Positions 51,479 through 62,406 of a stretch of 64,000 nucleotides of DNA are shown in pieces. The first letter of the stretch is position 1; each line of letters opens with the position of its first letter. The position numbers and the translations under genes are program-made. Where the stretch lies: assembly GCA_040767965.1 (NCBI GenBank), contig JAXGNR010000006.1, positions 32,001 to 96,000 on the forward strand. Direction: 5' to 3'. This DNA comes from Atribacterota bacterium (GTDB taxonomy: Bacteria > Atribacterota > Phoenicimicrobiia > Phoenicimicrobiales > Stramentimicrobiaceae). The notes under the pieces were generated by a model. The model did no database searches. It was not told the DNA's origin and saw nothing but the letters and a program-made list of their open reading frames with translations.

Positions 51479-52432
51479 TTACTTTTTTCTTAAAATACTA
51501 TTTATCCAGTTAAGAATAACATCAAAAACAGGGTGATCCGTTTTACCCAGATCATAATCAATTGAAACATGATTCTCTTCAGAGAAATAATGGATATTTA
51601 CATTGTAATTATATTTATGTAGATTGTTATAAAAAGCCTTGTTGACATTTTTAGAAACTTCCCGATCGCCAGCTACCAATAAAAAAAATGAAGGCGGAGT
51701 TAGCCCTTCTTTGATGTAGTTTATAGGAGATGCGCTTTCCAAATCCTGTATTTTATCACCAAAAACCCATGAAAATAAAAACTGGTTTTCTGGCTCGGCT
51801 GCAAATAATGAAGGAAGATGATATGCTGCACTGTCCAGACCAATTACTCCAGCAATATCTGAGGGAATTAAATCAAATTCAGCAAGATATTTTTCATTTA
51901 AAGCAATTAAAGCGGCTAAATGCCCTCCCGCTGAATGTCCAAGAATAAATATCTGCTTTGGATTTCCACTATAATAATTGATATTTTTCTTAACCCAGTA
52001 AAATGCACGGGCAACATCAACAGCTTGGGCGGGAAATTGATTATCTGGAGAAAGTCTGTAGTTTATACTTACATAAATAAAATTATTGTCAGTAAAAGCC
52101 TTAGCCTTATGGCCTGGAATCCCTTTGTCACCCAATGCCCAGGATCCACCATGAACATAAATTACAACAGGGCAAGAGTGACAGTTTTCTGGTTGATACA
52201 AGTCTAATAAATGACTGCTATGCTGATATTTCTTGTGTTCTTCTTTATTATAAAATTCATCAAAATAGCTGATATCCTGATGAATTTTTATATTATTCCA
52301 TACTATTTCTTGAGAAAATACAGGTAATGTAAAAATAAAGAAAAACAATATGCAGAATATTTGCAAAAAAACAAATAATTTACCACAGGCAGAATTAGTT
52401 TCCACCTGTGGTAAAAAAATATTATTCTTCAT
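51479..52432 (-). CDS. Alpha/beta hydrolase (HSL-like esterase) with an N-terminal hydrophobic segment
   Basis: HGGSW, NYRL, GHSAG and catalytic His region ENHVS. Confidence 0.9.
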   Translation of the reverse strand: MKNNIFLPQVETNSACGKLFVFLQIFCILFFFIFTLPVFSQEIVWNNIKIHQDISYFDEFYNKEEHKKYQHSSHLLDLYQPENCHSCPVVIYVHGGSWALGDKGIPGHKAKAFTDNNFIYVSINYRLSPDNQFPAQAVDVARAFYWVKKNINYYSGNPKQIFILGHSAGGHLAALIALNEKYLAEFDLIPSDIAGVIGLDSAAYHLPSLFAAEPENQFLFSWVFGDKIQDLESASPINYIKEGLTPPSFFLLVAGDREVSKNVNKAFYNNLHKYNYNVNIHYFSEENHVSIDYDLGKTDHPVFDVILNWINSILRKK

Positions 52433-52802
52433 ATTTCCATAATTTATGAATATTACAATATTCTCTAACCTTTTTTATCCCTTCAGCATCCTTAAATTCT
52501 GCTTCAGGAGGATCACCAGGTTTTAGGAATTTTTTACATGAACCCTTGTCGGTGATAACCTGTATCCACTCTATATAATGTTTTTCTTCCATTGGATGCA
52601 AGGTGGAACCTACAGTCACTTTAATACCTTTTTCTGTTTTTTGAACTACAGGAACATGCTTTTCAGTAGCCTGTTCAGCAGTTTGTTCTTTCATTAATTC
52701 CATGGGCTCACCACAACAAACCAGTTCACCCTTGCCACCGTGTAAAACTTCTATAATGTTTCCACAAATATCGCATTTATAAATTTCATATTTTTCAGCC
52801 AT
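52422..52802 (-). CDS. dfx: Desulfoferrodoxin (superoxide reductase)
   Basis: YKCDICGN..CCG, EKHVP, HPM..KHYIEWI and YCNIH motifs. Confidence 0.96.
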   Translation of the reverse strand: MAEKYEIYKCDICGNIIEVLHGGKGELVCCGEPMELMKEQTAEQATEKHVPVVQKTEKGIKVTVGSTLHPMEEKHYIEWIQVITDKGSCKKFLKPGDPPEAEFKDAEGIKKVREYCNIHKLWKYEE

Positions 52803-52877
52803 TTCCCTACTCTCCTTTTGATTTTTTCTACAGAACAATAAGTCAGAATATTTAAAATCTCGCTTAGCATATTTTTT

Positions 52878-53375
52878 TTAATGTATATCGTATATAGTTT
52901 CCATATCTTCAAATAAAGCTTCCAGATCATCTTCATGCTCTACTTCATCTTTTAAAATTTCCAAAACTATTTGGTAAGTTATAGGATCTTTGTCTTTAAG
53001 ATGTTCTGATAGCTTTTGATATACATCTATTGCACATTGTTCACCTTTAATATTCTGTTCTAATAAAGTTTTCACATTTGGGTCACTGGGTGCTTCATAT
53101 CCGCAATTAGTAACTTTATACCATTCCTCAGGGCTCAGAACAGGAGTTCCGCCTAATTGCAAAATTCTTTCTGCCAGCATATCAGCATGTCTTAATTCAT
53201 CATTAGCATGTTCTATTAACTCAGCCACTACTGCACCTCTCATAGTACCTTTTGCAACTTTGGCACCTAACCAGTATTGATAATAAGCAAGCCATTCATC
53301 AGCTAGAGCTTTGTTGAGCTCTTTAACCAACTCGTTGACATCCATTCCTACTAATTTTTTTCCTTTTGTACCCAT
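52878..53375 (-). CDS. Ferritin-like (DPSL/bacterioferritin-related) protein
   Basis: ADEWLAYYQY, DELRHA, GEQCAI and DEVEHE diiron motifs. Confidence 0.9.
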   Translation of the reverse strand: MGTKGKKLVGMDVNELVKELNKALADEWLAYYQYWLGAKVAKGTMRGAVVAELIEHANDELRHADMLAERILQLGGTPVLSPEEWYKVTNCGYEAPSDPNVKTLLEQNIKGEQCAIDVYQKLSEHLKDKDPITYQIVLEILKDEVEHEDDLEALFEDMETIYDIH

Positions 53376-53416
53376 TTTAATCCTCCTTTTTTTTAAATAA
53401 ATTAAAAATGTTATTT

Positions 53417-53869
53417 TTAATTGTCTTTATTTTTTTCTTTCTCTAAACATTCCAGGCATACACCCTCTAAGATAATTTTCTTCCTTAAAACATGAAACTT
53501 ATCGCTTATATCTTCAGGTATATTAATATTATCATATTCTATGCATTCAAAATCAATTATTTTCTTACATTTCAGGCAGCGGAAATGATAGTGCTGTTTT
53601 AAATTAGCGTCAAAATGCCTGGCACCATGACCGCCTTCTACTATTTTAATCAATCCCTTTTCCAATAAAGATAAAAGTGTTCTATTTACGGTGTCGAAAG
53701 ATATATTAGGAAACTCTTTTCTTACCCTTCTATAAATAATTTCAGCAGTCGGATGTGATTTTGAATCAACCAAACAACAAAAAACACTCAGACGCTGAGG
53801 GGTAATCCTAAAATTATTTTTTTCTAATTTTTCTTTACAATATAAAAAAGTATTTCTCATTTGAATCAT
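53417..53869 (-). CDS. perR: Fur-family regulator, PerR-like
   Basis: RITPQR, HPTAE, HYHFRCLKC and CLEC motifs; upstream of oxidative-stress genes. Confidence 0.85.
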   Translation of the reverse strand: MIQMRNTFLYCKEKLEKNNFRITPQRLSVFCCLVDSKSHPTAEIIYRRVRKEFPNISFDTVNRTLLSLLEKGLIKIVEGGHGARHFDANLKQHYHFRCLKCKKIIDFECIEYDNINIPEDISDKFHVLRKKIILEGVCLECLEKEKNKDN

Positions 53870-53921
53870 CTGCTCTCATAATTTTAATATATTAAACAAA
53901 GTAAGAAGTATTGTATTTTTT

Positions 53922-53950
53922 ACTATATAGTAATAAATACTATTTGTCAA
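53922..53950 (-). promoter_or_regulatory. Promoter overlapped by a PerR-like box
   Basis: TTGACA-17-TATAGT; imperfect palindrome AATAGTATTTATTACTATA (53926-53944). Confidence 0.6.
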
Positions 53951-54146
53951 GAATTACATCTAAATCTTATTTTTCTGACTTTCTTAAACTCCTTTATAAA
54001 TCATTGTTTGGTCATAAAAAAACTGTTTTTAAATTTACTCAAATAAAAAAATATATTGCTAACCGAAATATTACCTAAAGCTGTTAAAATATAATATAAT
54101 ATAATAATATAGTATTTTAATTGCATTTTAAAAAATGGAGAATCCT

Positions 54147-55424
54147 ATGAGCAATAAAACTTTTTTTATTAGCAATACTAAAAAAAGCATCTTACTACTA
54201 CTTTTAATAATATCAATTTTTCTAAACTTTTCAACAATTATAGTTTATTCAAACAATCAATCAACTGAAGATCTTTATTTTCAAGGTATCAATTACTTAA
54301 AAAATGAAAATGATTATGATAAAGCGCTTGAAATATTCAGAGAAATATTGAATGTTAACCCAAATTACGCTGAAGCTCATTTTCAAATTGGTGAAATCTA
54401 CAGGCTGACAGAAGAGTATAAAAAAGCAAAAATTTACTATCAAAATGCAATTAATTTAAAAGAAAATTACCTTTCCGCTTATTATAATTTGGGATTAGTT
54501 TCCTTAGAATTAAAGGAATACAATAATTCTTTAAATTTTTTTAAAGAAACAATCAGAATAGACCCAAATTTTTCTAATGCTCATTATGGTTTGGGACTGA
54601 GTTATTTAAAATTAGAAAATTACAACCAGGCTATCAATGCTTTTCAACTGGTAACATATTTAAATCCAAATGACTTTCAGGCATTTTACAGATTAGGTAT
54701 AAGTTTCAAGAAAGTTGGTGACGATTTAAAGGCTGTTGAATTTTTTAAGAAAGCTTTGGAAATTAAACCCGACTTTGGAGAATCTTTCTATGAGTTGGGA
54801 ATTATTTATTACTCACAAAAAAAATATGAAGAGGCTATTACCTATTTGGAAAATGCAGCTGATTTTCTTCCAGAACAGGCTGATCAGATCTATTTTCAAA
54901 CAAGCATACTAATGCAGGAATTGGGTGATTATGATTCTGCAATTGAATTATTAGAAAAAACAATTCATATCAACCAACAATATACTGAAGCTCATTACTA
55001 TCTTGGTTGGCTTTATAGCCAAACAAAAAAATTTGAGCAGTCAATTGAGGCATATCAAACAGTTATTTCCTTAAATCCAAACTATGATTCTGCTTATTAT
55101 AATTTAGGCTGGGCTTTTATTGAAAAAAACCAATTACCTGAAGCTGTAGAAACTTTTGAACAGGCAATAGCAAAAAACCCTGATGACGCAGATTCTTATT
55201 ATTCTCTGGGGTGGACTTATGGAAAATTAGAAGAATATATGTCAGCAAAAGATGCATTTCAAAAAACTATCCGGATTCAGCCTAAACATATCTATGCTCA
55301 TTATGGATTAGGGGTTGCACATTTAGCTTTAGGAGAGAGGACTCTGGCATTAGAAGAATATGCAATATTAAAAGATCTTGATAGCACAATAGCAGAATTA
55401 TTGTTTGAACAAATTTATCCATAA
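54147..55424 (+). CDS. Exported tetratricopeptide repeat protein
   Basis: N-terminal hydrophobic signal; about 11 34-aa repeats (A.Y.LG...A...P). Confidence 0.9.
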   Translation: MSNKTFFISNTKKSILLLLLIISIFLNFSTIIVYSNNQSTEDLYFQGINYLKNENDYDKALEIFREILNVNPNYAEAHFQIGEIYRLTEEYKKAKIYYQNAINLKENYLSAYYNLGLVSLELKEYNNSLNFFKETIRIDPNFSNAHYGLGLSYLKLENYNQAINAFQLVTYLNPNDFQAFYRLGISFKKVGDDLKAVEFFKKALEIKPDFGESFYELGIIYYSQKKYEEAITYLENAADFLPEQADQIYFQTSILMQELGDYDSAIELLEKTIHINQQYTEAHYYLGWLYSQTKKFEQSIEAYQTVISLNPNYDSAYYNLGWAFIEKNQLPEAVETFEQAIAKNPDDADSYYSLGWTYGKLEEYMSAKDAFQKTIRIQPKHIYAHYGLGVAHLALGERTLALEEYAILKDLDSTIAELLFEQIYP

Positions 55425-55562
55425 AAAAATTTCTCATATATAAATGTTTCTGCTCGTAATTTACTGATTTTTTTTATTCTATTTTAGTAACCTGTTTAAC
55501 TTTTATATCAAACTTAATTAAAAAATATATTTATAGATAAATAAGAAAAAAGGAGGAGCATA

Positions 55563-56630
55563 ATGATCAATAATTTTTTTCAAGAAGTTTATTTTCACAA
55601 TCGAATTATTGATTATATTTCTGCAATTGCTATTTTTTTATTAGCAGTTTTAACTATAATCATTTTGAAAAACTTCCTTATTAAAGCCCTGCAGACTTTC
55701 GCCAGAAAAAAATCAACTACCATAGATAAACGCTTTGTAGATAATTTTCAAAACAAAATGAAACCTTTTGTCAACCTTCTCTATTTTGGAAGTTTTTATC
55801 TTGGTTTTTATCAACTAAATATACCTTCTTTTTTAGAAAAAATAGTAAATATATTTATTGTTGCTTTGTTGGTATTTTATAGTGTACGCTTCATCCTATC
55901 CATTATTTCTTACTTTCTGGAAAACTACTGGATTAAAAAAGAAACTGACTCAACACGTATAACTGCAATTCGAGGCGTAGAAACCTTCTTAAAGGTTATC
56001 TTATGGTCAATTGCTGTAATAATATTGTTAGATAATATGGGAGTACAAGTATCAGCATTGGTTGCAGGTCTTGGTATTGGAGGTATTGCAATTGCCCTGG
56101 CAGCCCAAAACATTTTAGGAGATCTGTTCAGCTATTTTATAATTTATTTCGATCACCCTTTTGAAATAGGAGACTTTATAACTATTGATAGCTTTTCTGG
56201 TACCATTGAAAATATTGGAATAAAAACAACTCGTATCAGAAGTTTAGGCGGAGAAGAAATCATCTTCTCTAATACTGATTTAGTAAATTCTCGCTTGCGT
56301 AATTATAAAAGAATGAGAAAAAGAAGAATTTTATTTAATTTTGGAGTTATTTATCAAACTTCAACTGAGCAGTTAAAAAATATTTCTGCTGTTATAAAAG
56401 AAATATTTAATAGAATAGATGGAGCAAGTTTGGATCGTGTTCATTTCTCTGCCTATGGTAGTTTTAGCCTTAATTTTGAAGTGGTTTATTATGTAAACAG
56501 CAGGGATTATAATAAATATATGGATATTCAACAGGAAATTAACTTTCAAATGAAAGAAGAGTTTGAAAAGTATAATGTTGAATTTGCCTATCCTACTCAA
56601 ACTCTTTTTCTGTCTAAAGAAAATAACTAA
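55563..56630 (+). CDS. mscS: Small-conductance mechanosensitive channel
   Basis: AGLGIGGIAIALAAQ, PFEIGD and IGIKTTRIR motifs. Confidence 0.93.
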   Translation: MINNFFQEVYFHNRIIDYISAIAIFLLAVLTIIILKNFLIKALQTFARKKSTTIDKRFVDNFQNKMKPFVNLLYFGSFYLGFYQLNIPSFLEKIVNIFIVALLVFYSVRFILSIISYFLENYWIKKETDSTRITAIRGVETFLKVILWSIAVIILLDNMGVQVSALVAGLGIGGIAIALAAQNILGDLFSYFIIYFDHPFEIGDFITIDSFSGTIENIGIKTTRIRSLGGEEIIFSNTDLVNSRLRNYKRMRKRRILFNFGVIYQTSTEQLKNISAVIKEIFNRIDGASLDRVHFSAYGSFSLNFEVVYYVNSRDYNKYMDIQQEINFQMKEEFEKYNVEFAYPTQTLFLSKENN

Positions 56631-56657
56631 ATAGCCAATATTTTTATGGAGGTAACA

Positions 56658-57575
56658 ATGAAAGGTTGGATTCTTTTTGACTATAAAGATGAAACTTTAA
56701 AAAGCGAACATAGGGAAATTGAAAGATTTTTAGAAACTGCAAAAAAAAGAAATATTGAGATTGAAGTATATGAACCTCAGCAGTTTGACTTAATGGTAAA
56801 TAAGCAGGCCAGTGACAGCATAATGATAAATGATAAGCCAACCTCATTGCCTGACTTTATTTTACCCCGAACAGGAGCCAGTACAACATATTACTCATTG
56901 GCTATTATCCGCCAATTAGAACGAATGGGAATTCCTAGTTTTAATACTGCTCAAAGTATTGAAACAGTGAAAGATAAACTATTTACCCAGCAAATACTTG
57001 CCTCCAGCAATCTTCCGGTCCCAAGAACATTATTGGCAAAATACCCTATAAATGCTGATTTGGTAGAAGAAAAACTGGGTTTTCCGGTAATAGTTAAAAC
57101 ACTATCCGGATCTCAAGGTAGTGGTGTTTATTTAAGTAAAACCAAAGATGGATTTGCCGGGTTAATGCAATTGATTAATGCCGCAAAAACTTCCAGCAAT
57201 ATTATAGTGCAAGAATTCATACAGAGTAGCGAAGGAAGAGATCTTCGTGTTTTTGTTATTGGAGGAAGAGCAATTGCTGCTATGCAGCGCATTGCCCAGG
57301 AAGGGGAATTTCGTGCAAATATCTCCAAAGGCGGTCACGGAAAACTTTTCCCTCTCAATTCTGAGATTGAATGGCTGGCTATTGAAAGTGCAAAAATATT
57401 AGGACTGGATGTTACGGGAATTGATCTCCTTTTTGATGGTGATCATTTTAAGATTTGTGAAGCTAACTCTTCACCTGGATTTATTGGATTTGAAAAATAT
57501 TGTAAAATAGACATACCTAATGAAATATTTAACTTCATATCAGTTCGTCTTGGGTTTTTTAAAAATCATTCTTAG
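56658..57575 (+). CDS. RimK-family ATP-grasp ligase
   Basis: KDKL, GSQGSGV, VQEFI, DLRV, FRAN and EANSSPG motifs. Confidence 0.9.
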   Translation: MKGWILFDYKDETLKSEHREIERFLETAKKRNIEIEVYEPQQFDLMVNKQASDSIMINDKPTSLPDFILPRTGASTTYYSLAIIRQLERMGIPSFNTAQSIETVKDKLFTQQILASSNLPVPRTLLAKYPINADLVEEKLGFPVIVKTLSGSQGSGVYLSKTKDGFAGLMQLINAAKTSSNIIVQEFIQSSEGRDLRVFVIGGRAIAAMQRIAQEGEFRANISKGGHGKLFPLNSEIEWLAIESAKILGLDVTGIDLLFDGDHFKICEANSSPGFIGFEKYCKIDIPNEIFNFISVRLGFFKNHS

Positions 57576-57614
57576 CTAGCAAAGAATTTACATTATAATA
57601 ATCTGGAGGAAATT

Positions 57615-57890
57615 GTGCAAATATATTTATTTACCGCAGCTCTTATAGCTATAATGGCAGTAATTTTCGCCTTACAAAATGCAATACCTATTACTGTTAG
57701 TTTTTTAATCTGGAAAGTAGAAAGTTCTCTGGCTTTGATTCTTATAATCGCATTTGTTGCAGGATTAATAACCAGTTTCCTTTTTAATGCTATTTCTCGG
57801 CTTCGAAAAACTACTACTATTCCTATTTTTAAAAAAAATGATGAAAACACAATAACAAAGAAATCTTCAAATGATAATGAAAAAGAGTAA
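57615..57890 (+). CDS. LapA-family membrane protein
   Basis: IFALQN..ITVSFL.W...SLAL; GTG start after GGAGG. Confidence 0.8.
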   Translation: MQIYLFTAALIAIMAVIFALQNAIPITVSFLIWKVESSLALILIIAFVAGLITSFLFNAISRLRKTTTIPIFKKNDENTITKKSSNDNEKE

Positions 57891-57940
57891 AATAAAAAAT
57901 AGAATAAGTCTAAATATTTTTTGAAAGGAGTATATCCAGA

Positions 57941-59005
57941 TTGCCAAAATTGCTTAAAAAAAGAAGTAAATCTGCTGGTCTCACTCCAGGAACATTAATT
58001 CATATTGGCGAAAGATTGATGGATATTCCTAAGATTTCTATTATTGATTACACAGCTTCTGATTTAGAGGAAAAGATTATAAAAAATATTGAAGAATGTT
58101 GTGTGTACCAGGAAAAAAATTCAATAACCTGGATTAATATAGACGGTATCCATCAATCTAATATAATAGAACAAATTGGCAACTTATTCCATATACACCC
58201 TCTAACCCTTGAAAATATTATGAATACAGACCAGAGACCTAAAATAGAATATTTTCCAGGTTATATTTTTATTGTTTTAAAAATGATTTATTGGAATGAG
58301 ATCAAACAAGAAATTGAGATTGAACATATCAGCCTTATTCTGAAAGATCGGATTGTTTTGTCATTTCAGGAAAAAGAAGGAGATATTTTTAATCCTATCA
58401 GAAAAAGAATAAAGACTAAAAGCGGTAAAATAAGGATGAAGGGTGCAGATTATCTGATATACGCTCTTTTAGATGCAATTGTGGATCAATATTTTTTAAT
58501 TTTAGAAAAATTAGGGGATAAAACAGAATTACTGGAAGATTCTTTAATAAACCAACCTTCCCCTGAGAATCTACAAACTATTCATCAAAATAAAAGAAAT
58601 TTAATTTTTATAAGAAATGCTGTCTGGCCTTTGAGAGAAGTTATTAATAAACTTGAAAAAGATGATTCTAAATTAATCCAAAAAAATACTAAAATCTTTT
58701 TAAGAGATGTCTATGACCATACAATACAGATAATTGAAACAGTAGAAACTTTAAGGGATATGGTTGCTGGCTTGCTTGAAATTTATCTGTCTAGCTTAAG
58801 CAATAAAATGAATGAGGTAATGAAGGTACTTACAATTATTGCAACAATTTTTATTCCATTAACTTTTATTGCAGGTATTTATGGGATGAATTTCCACTAT
58901 ATGCCTGAATTATCATGGAAGCTGGGATATCCTATGGCAATTGGGGGAATGTTTATTCTTGGTCTGATTATGCTTCTCTTTTTTAAAAAGAAAAAATGGT
59001 TATAA
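57941..59005 (+). CDS. corA: Magnesium/cobalt transporter CorA
   Basis: HPL..E, QRPK, NEVMKVLT and YGMNF..MPEL motifs. Confidence 0.96.
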   Translation: MPKLLKKRSKSAGLTPGTLIHIGERLMDIPKISIIDYTASDLEEKIIKNIEECCVYQEKNSITWINIDGIHQSNIIEQIGNLFHIHPLTLENIMNTDQRPKIEYFPGYIFIVLKMIYWNEIKQEIEIEHISLILKDRIVLSFQEKEGDIFNPIRKRIKTKSGKIRMKGADYLIYALLDAIVDQYFLILEKLGDKTELLEDSLINQPSPENLQTIHQNKRNLIFIRNAVWPLREVINKLEKDDSKLIQKNTKIFLRDVYDHTIQIIETVETLRDMVAGLLEIYLSSLSNKMNEVMKVLTIIATIFIPLTFIAGIYGMNFHYMPELSWKLGYPMAIGGMFILGLIMLLFFKKKKWL

Positions 59006-59060
59006 TGATACATTAAATGTAATAATTTTTTATTAAGTTGTTTATTTGTCAGGATTTATT

Positions 59061-59783
59061 TTATTTCTTATCCTTTTTAGAGGTCTTTTTCTGACAATTT
59101 TTTGAATTTTTGCTCTTATCTTCTTCTGAAGATTTAAATTTTGTAATTAATTGATCAATTTTTTTGTTTTCTCCTACCAAAATAAGATTTTCATTTTCAT
59201 TAACAGTATGTCTTTCAGTAGGCGAAAAAGTAAATTGGTTACCTCTGCGAATAGCTAATAAAGTTACTCCATATTTTCCTGGTAAATCAAGCTCTCCAAG
59301 AGTTTTTTCACAAAAAATGGGTAATGCTGCAATCTCGATAAGACTGTATTGCTGGGACAATTCCATATGGTTTTTAATATTTGGCATAATCAAACTTCTT
59401 GCAATTCTTATCCCTTCATCTCTTTCCGGATATACCACTCGATCTGCACCTATTTTTTCCAATACTTTCCCGTGTAATAAACTATTGGCTTTTGTGATAA
59501 CCTGTTTTAACCCCATCTCTTTTAACATGATTGTAATTAATATGCTTGCCTCCAGATCAGTTCCCAGGCTGACAATAGCAGCATCAAAATTTTTAACTCC
59601 CAGTTCTTTTAAAACTTTTTCATCTGTTATATCGACTTTAACTGTTTTTGTTATAATATCTTTTAGCAAATCTACCTTTTCCATATCATTATCTACCCCT
59701 AAAACCTCATGACCCAGTTCAACTAATGTGGTAGCAACTGCTGAACCAAAACTGCCCAAACCAAAAATTACAAATTGCTTCAT
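59061..59783 (-). CDS. ktrA: Potassium uptake RCK subunit KtrA/TrkA
   Basis: GLGSFG and IGADRVVYPE motifs; TrkA-C domain. Confidence 0.92.
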   Translation of the reverse strand: MKQFVIFGLGSFGSAVATTLVELGHEVLGVDNDMEKVDLLKDIITKTVKVDITDEKVLKELGVKNFDAAIVSLGTDLEASILITIMLKEMGLKQVITKANSLLHGKVLEKIGADRVVYPERDEGIRIARSLIMPNIKNHMELSQQYSLIEIAALPIFCEKTLGELDLPGKYGVTLLAIRRGNQFTFSPTERHTVNENENLILVGENKKIDQLITKFKSSEEDKSKNSKNCQKKTSKKDKK

Positions 59784-59816
59784 TTCTTTTTTCCTTCTTC
59801 TTTCTAAAAATCAGAT

Positions 59817-61169
59817 TTACCCCACCATAATATGTCCTTCAGGGTATTGAATTGATTCCGGATGTCTATTTATGATTAATGATAAAGCCAATGAAAGAGG
59901 TCCCAGTCTACCTAAAAACATAGTTAAAATAATGATAATTTTCCCTGCTGGAGATAACTGGCTTGTTATTCCTGTGGAAAGTCCCACTGTACCAAAAGCA
60001 GAAATAATCTCAAAAAATAATTCAATAAAGTCAAACTTCTCATAATAAGAAATCAATAAAGTCATCATCAAAGTCCAACTCAGGGAAAGCATCAATATCG
60101 CCCAGGCTTTGTTCATTATTGTGCTTGATATCTGCCTGCAAAAAAGATAAAGATGCCTTCGGCCTTTTAAGGTATAGTACATCCATAAAAAAGCGATAGA
60201 AAATGTTGTTGTCTTGATACCACCTCCGGTAGAGGTAGGGGATGCACCAATAAACATCAATATTATTAAAAAAAACAAGGTGGAATTCCCTAATTGCTCA
60301 ACAGAAATGGTATTAAATCCTGCTGTTCTGGCAGTAGTAGATTGAAATAAAGATGTAAGTATCCTGCCTTTCAATAACATTGGCTGTAAAGTAGCACTAT
60401 TGTTTTTTTCTAAAAGATAAATTCCGACCGCCCCGGTAATCAGCAAAACTATGGTTACTACTAATACTAATTTACTGTGTAGCGAAAGCCTGTGCTTTTT
60501 AGGAAATTCAAAAAGTTCAACTAAAACTAAAAACCCAATTCCACCGAAAACAATCAAAATTAAAAAGATTAAATTTATTCCAATATTTAAATTAAATTGC
60601 TCCAAACTGTCGCTAAATAAAGAAAAACCTGCATTACAAAAAGCGGATACTGCATGAAAAAAAGAAAGAAAAAGATGGTTATGAACACTAGTCAGGTTAC
60701 TCCAATTAATATATAAAAGCAATGTCCCCAATCCTTCAAAAAAAATAGTAAAAACTATAATATACTTAGCTAATCTTACTAATCCTCCAATTGAAAACTG
60801 ATTTAGTGATTCCTGGATAAGAAGGCGCTGCCGTAAAGATATTTTTCTTCCCAGCAGAAAAGCAAACATGGTGGAAAAAGTCATAATTCCCAACCCGCCA
60901 ATCTGGAAGAGAATCAATATTACCCATTGGCCAAAAAGAGAAAAATCTTTCCCGGTATCCAGCACAATTAATCCGGTTACACAAGTAGCTGAAGTGGCAG
61001 TAAAAAGAGCATCAAGTAATTCAATTGATATGCCACTACTGGAAGATATTGGATGTTGCAAAAGGTATGTCCCGATTGAAATAATACCTAAAAATCCCAG
61101 TACTAGTATCTGGTTTGGAGTTAACTCTTTTTTCTTTTTAAACAAGGGATGCCCTGATTTTGTTTTCAA
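59817..61169 (-). CDS. ktrB: Potassium uptake membrane subunit KtrB/TrkH
   Basis: TCVTGL, FCNAGF, RTAGF, TGGGIK and FGTVGLS motifs. Start set to TTG 61169 because the track's longer start lies inside the IS. Confidence 0.94.
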   Translation of the reverse strand: MKTKSGHPLFKKKKELTPNQILVLGFLGIISIGTYLLQHPISSSSGISIELLDALFTATSATCVTGLIVLDTGKDFSLFGQWVILILFQIGGLGIMTFSTMFAFLLGRKISLRQRLLIQESLNQFSIGGLVRLAKYIIVFTIFFEGLGTLLLYINWSNLTSVHNHLFLSFFHAVSAFCNAGFSLFSDSLEQFNLNIGINLIFLILIVFGGIGFLVLVELFEFPKKHRLSLHSKLVLVVTIVLLITGAVGIYLLEKNNSATLQPMLLKGRILTSLFQSTTARTAGFNTISVEQLGNSTLFFLIILMFIGASPTSTGGGIKTTTFSIAFLWMYYTLKGRRHLYLFCRQISSTIMNKAWAILMLSLSWTLMMTLLISYYEKFDFIELFFEIISAFGTVGLSTGITSQLSPAGKIIIILTMFLGRLGPLSLALSLIINRHPESIQYPEGHIMVG

Positions 61170-61203
61170 TTTATTACCACAATTATATAAATTTGGCTTT
61201 ATA

Positions 61204-62406
61204 TGTATTATTTTCAAGATGTGTTTACACATCCAAGTTCTTTCCTATAGAAATAGGATACTATTTATCCGGGCTCCGGTAAAGCCAATTTACGCTTACC
61301 ATCAATAAATTTCTGGTAAGGTATCTTACCTTTTAGCCGGTAACCCTGATTCGTTCTTTTAAAATTGTAATAGTAGATAAACTTATCCAGATCATCCTGT
61401 AACTGGTTTAAACAGGTATAGACTTTCTTGATCATGGCAACCTGGTAGAATTCTTCTAACAGTGTTCTGTTAAAACGTTCTACTATCCCATTACTCTTGG
61501 GACACCTGGGCTTAATTCGGCTATGTCTGATACCACATCTGTCCAGGAATATCTCATAGTCATGTTTGCCGTTCTTCCAGTGAGTGGTATATTCTTTGCC
61601 ATTATCAGTCAGGATGCGATCTAGCCGAATACCAAACATCTCATAGACCGGTATTACTTTGGTCTTCACAAAGTCAATGGCACTTTCTGCTTTCTTATCA
61701 ATATAGACCTTGGCAAAGCCGAAATTACTGTAGGCATCAATACCGGTCTGTTGATAGATTCTACTAATCCCTTGATGGTACCCACATAGAAGGTATCCTG
61801 ACAGAAGAGGTATCCGGGATAAAAGCCTTGATATGACTTTCATTCTTCTTTGCTGCCTCTCTGAGATAGCTCTCGGTGATGACTGGATTATCCGAGTGTT
61901 CCTGGGCATAAAAGAGCCTGTCCAGACGGTGATTTAATCTTTTCTCTTTAAGACATTATAGATACCGCTGGGGCTGATGATAATACCCTGTTCTTTAAGC
62001 TCATTGGCAATTCTGCCAGGTCCATGGGTCGGATAGTTCACTATGTAATTGTAAATGACCTGTTCCTTATCAGGTTTGATCTGATTAGGCATTTTCGGTT
62101 TGGATTTTTCTCTATAGAGCAAACCCGGATAACCGAATTGGCTGAATCTTTTAATCCACTTGTAATAGACGGTTCTGGAAAGATTAAAGATTCTACAGGT
62201 ATCAGCAATATTCTTGTGTTTATATGCATGTTGCAGTACACTATACTTGTAACTGGCAATGAAATCATCTTTGGTCATGTGTGCTGTTCTCCTTCCTATT
62301 TAGAATTTGTTTTATCAACTACATTCTATAGGAAAGACAACATGCATGACCAATTTTTTTTAAGTTATTTTAAGTCAAAGTGTAAACAGTACTCGAAAAT
62401 AATTGC
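61204..62406 (-). mobile_element. IS481-family insertion sequence with a frameshifted transposase (61265-62278)
   Basis: LTDNGKEY, NGIVERFNRT and YN..R.NQG motifs; TIRs TGTATTATTTTCAAGATGTGTTTACAC / GCAATTATTTTCGAGTACTGTTTACAC; flanking repeat TTTATA (or GCTTTATA). Confidence 0.88.

Noticed and set aside
54147-55424. Periodic sequence as a CRISPR or DNA repeat array
   Set aside because: The periodicity is from protein-level TPR repeats; there are no identical DNA repeats and no cas genes
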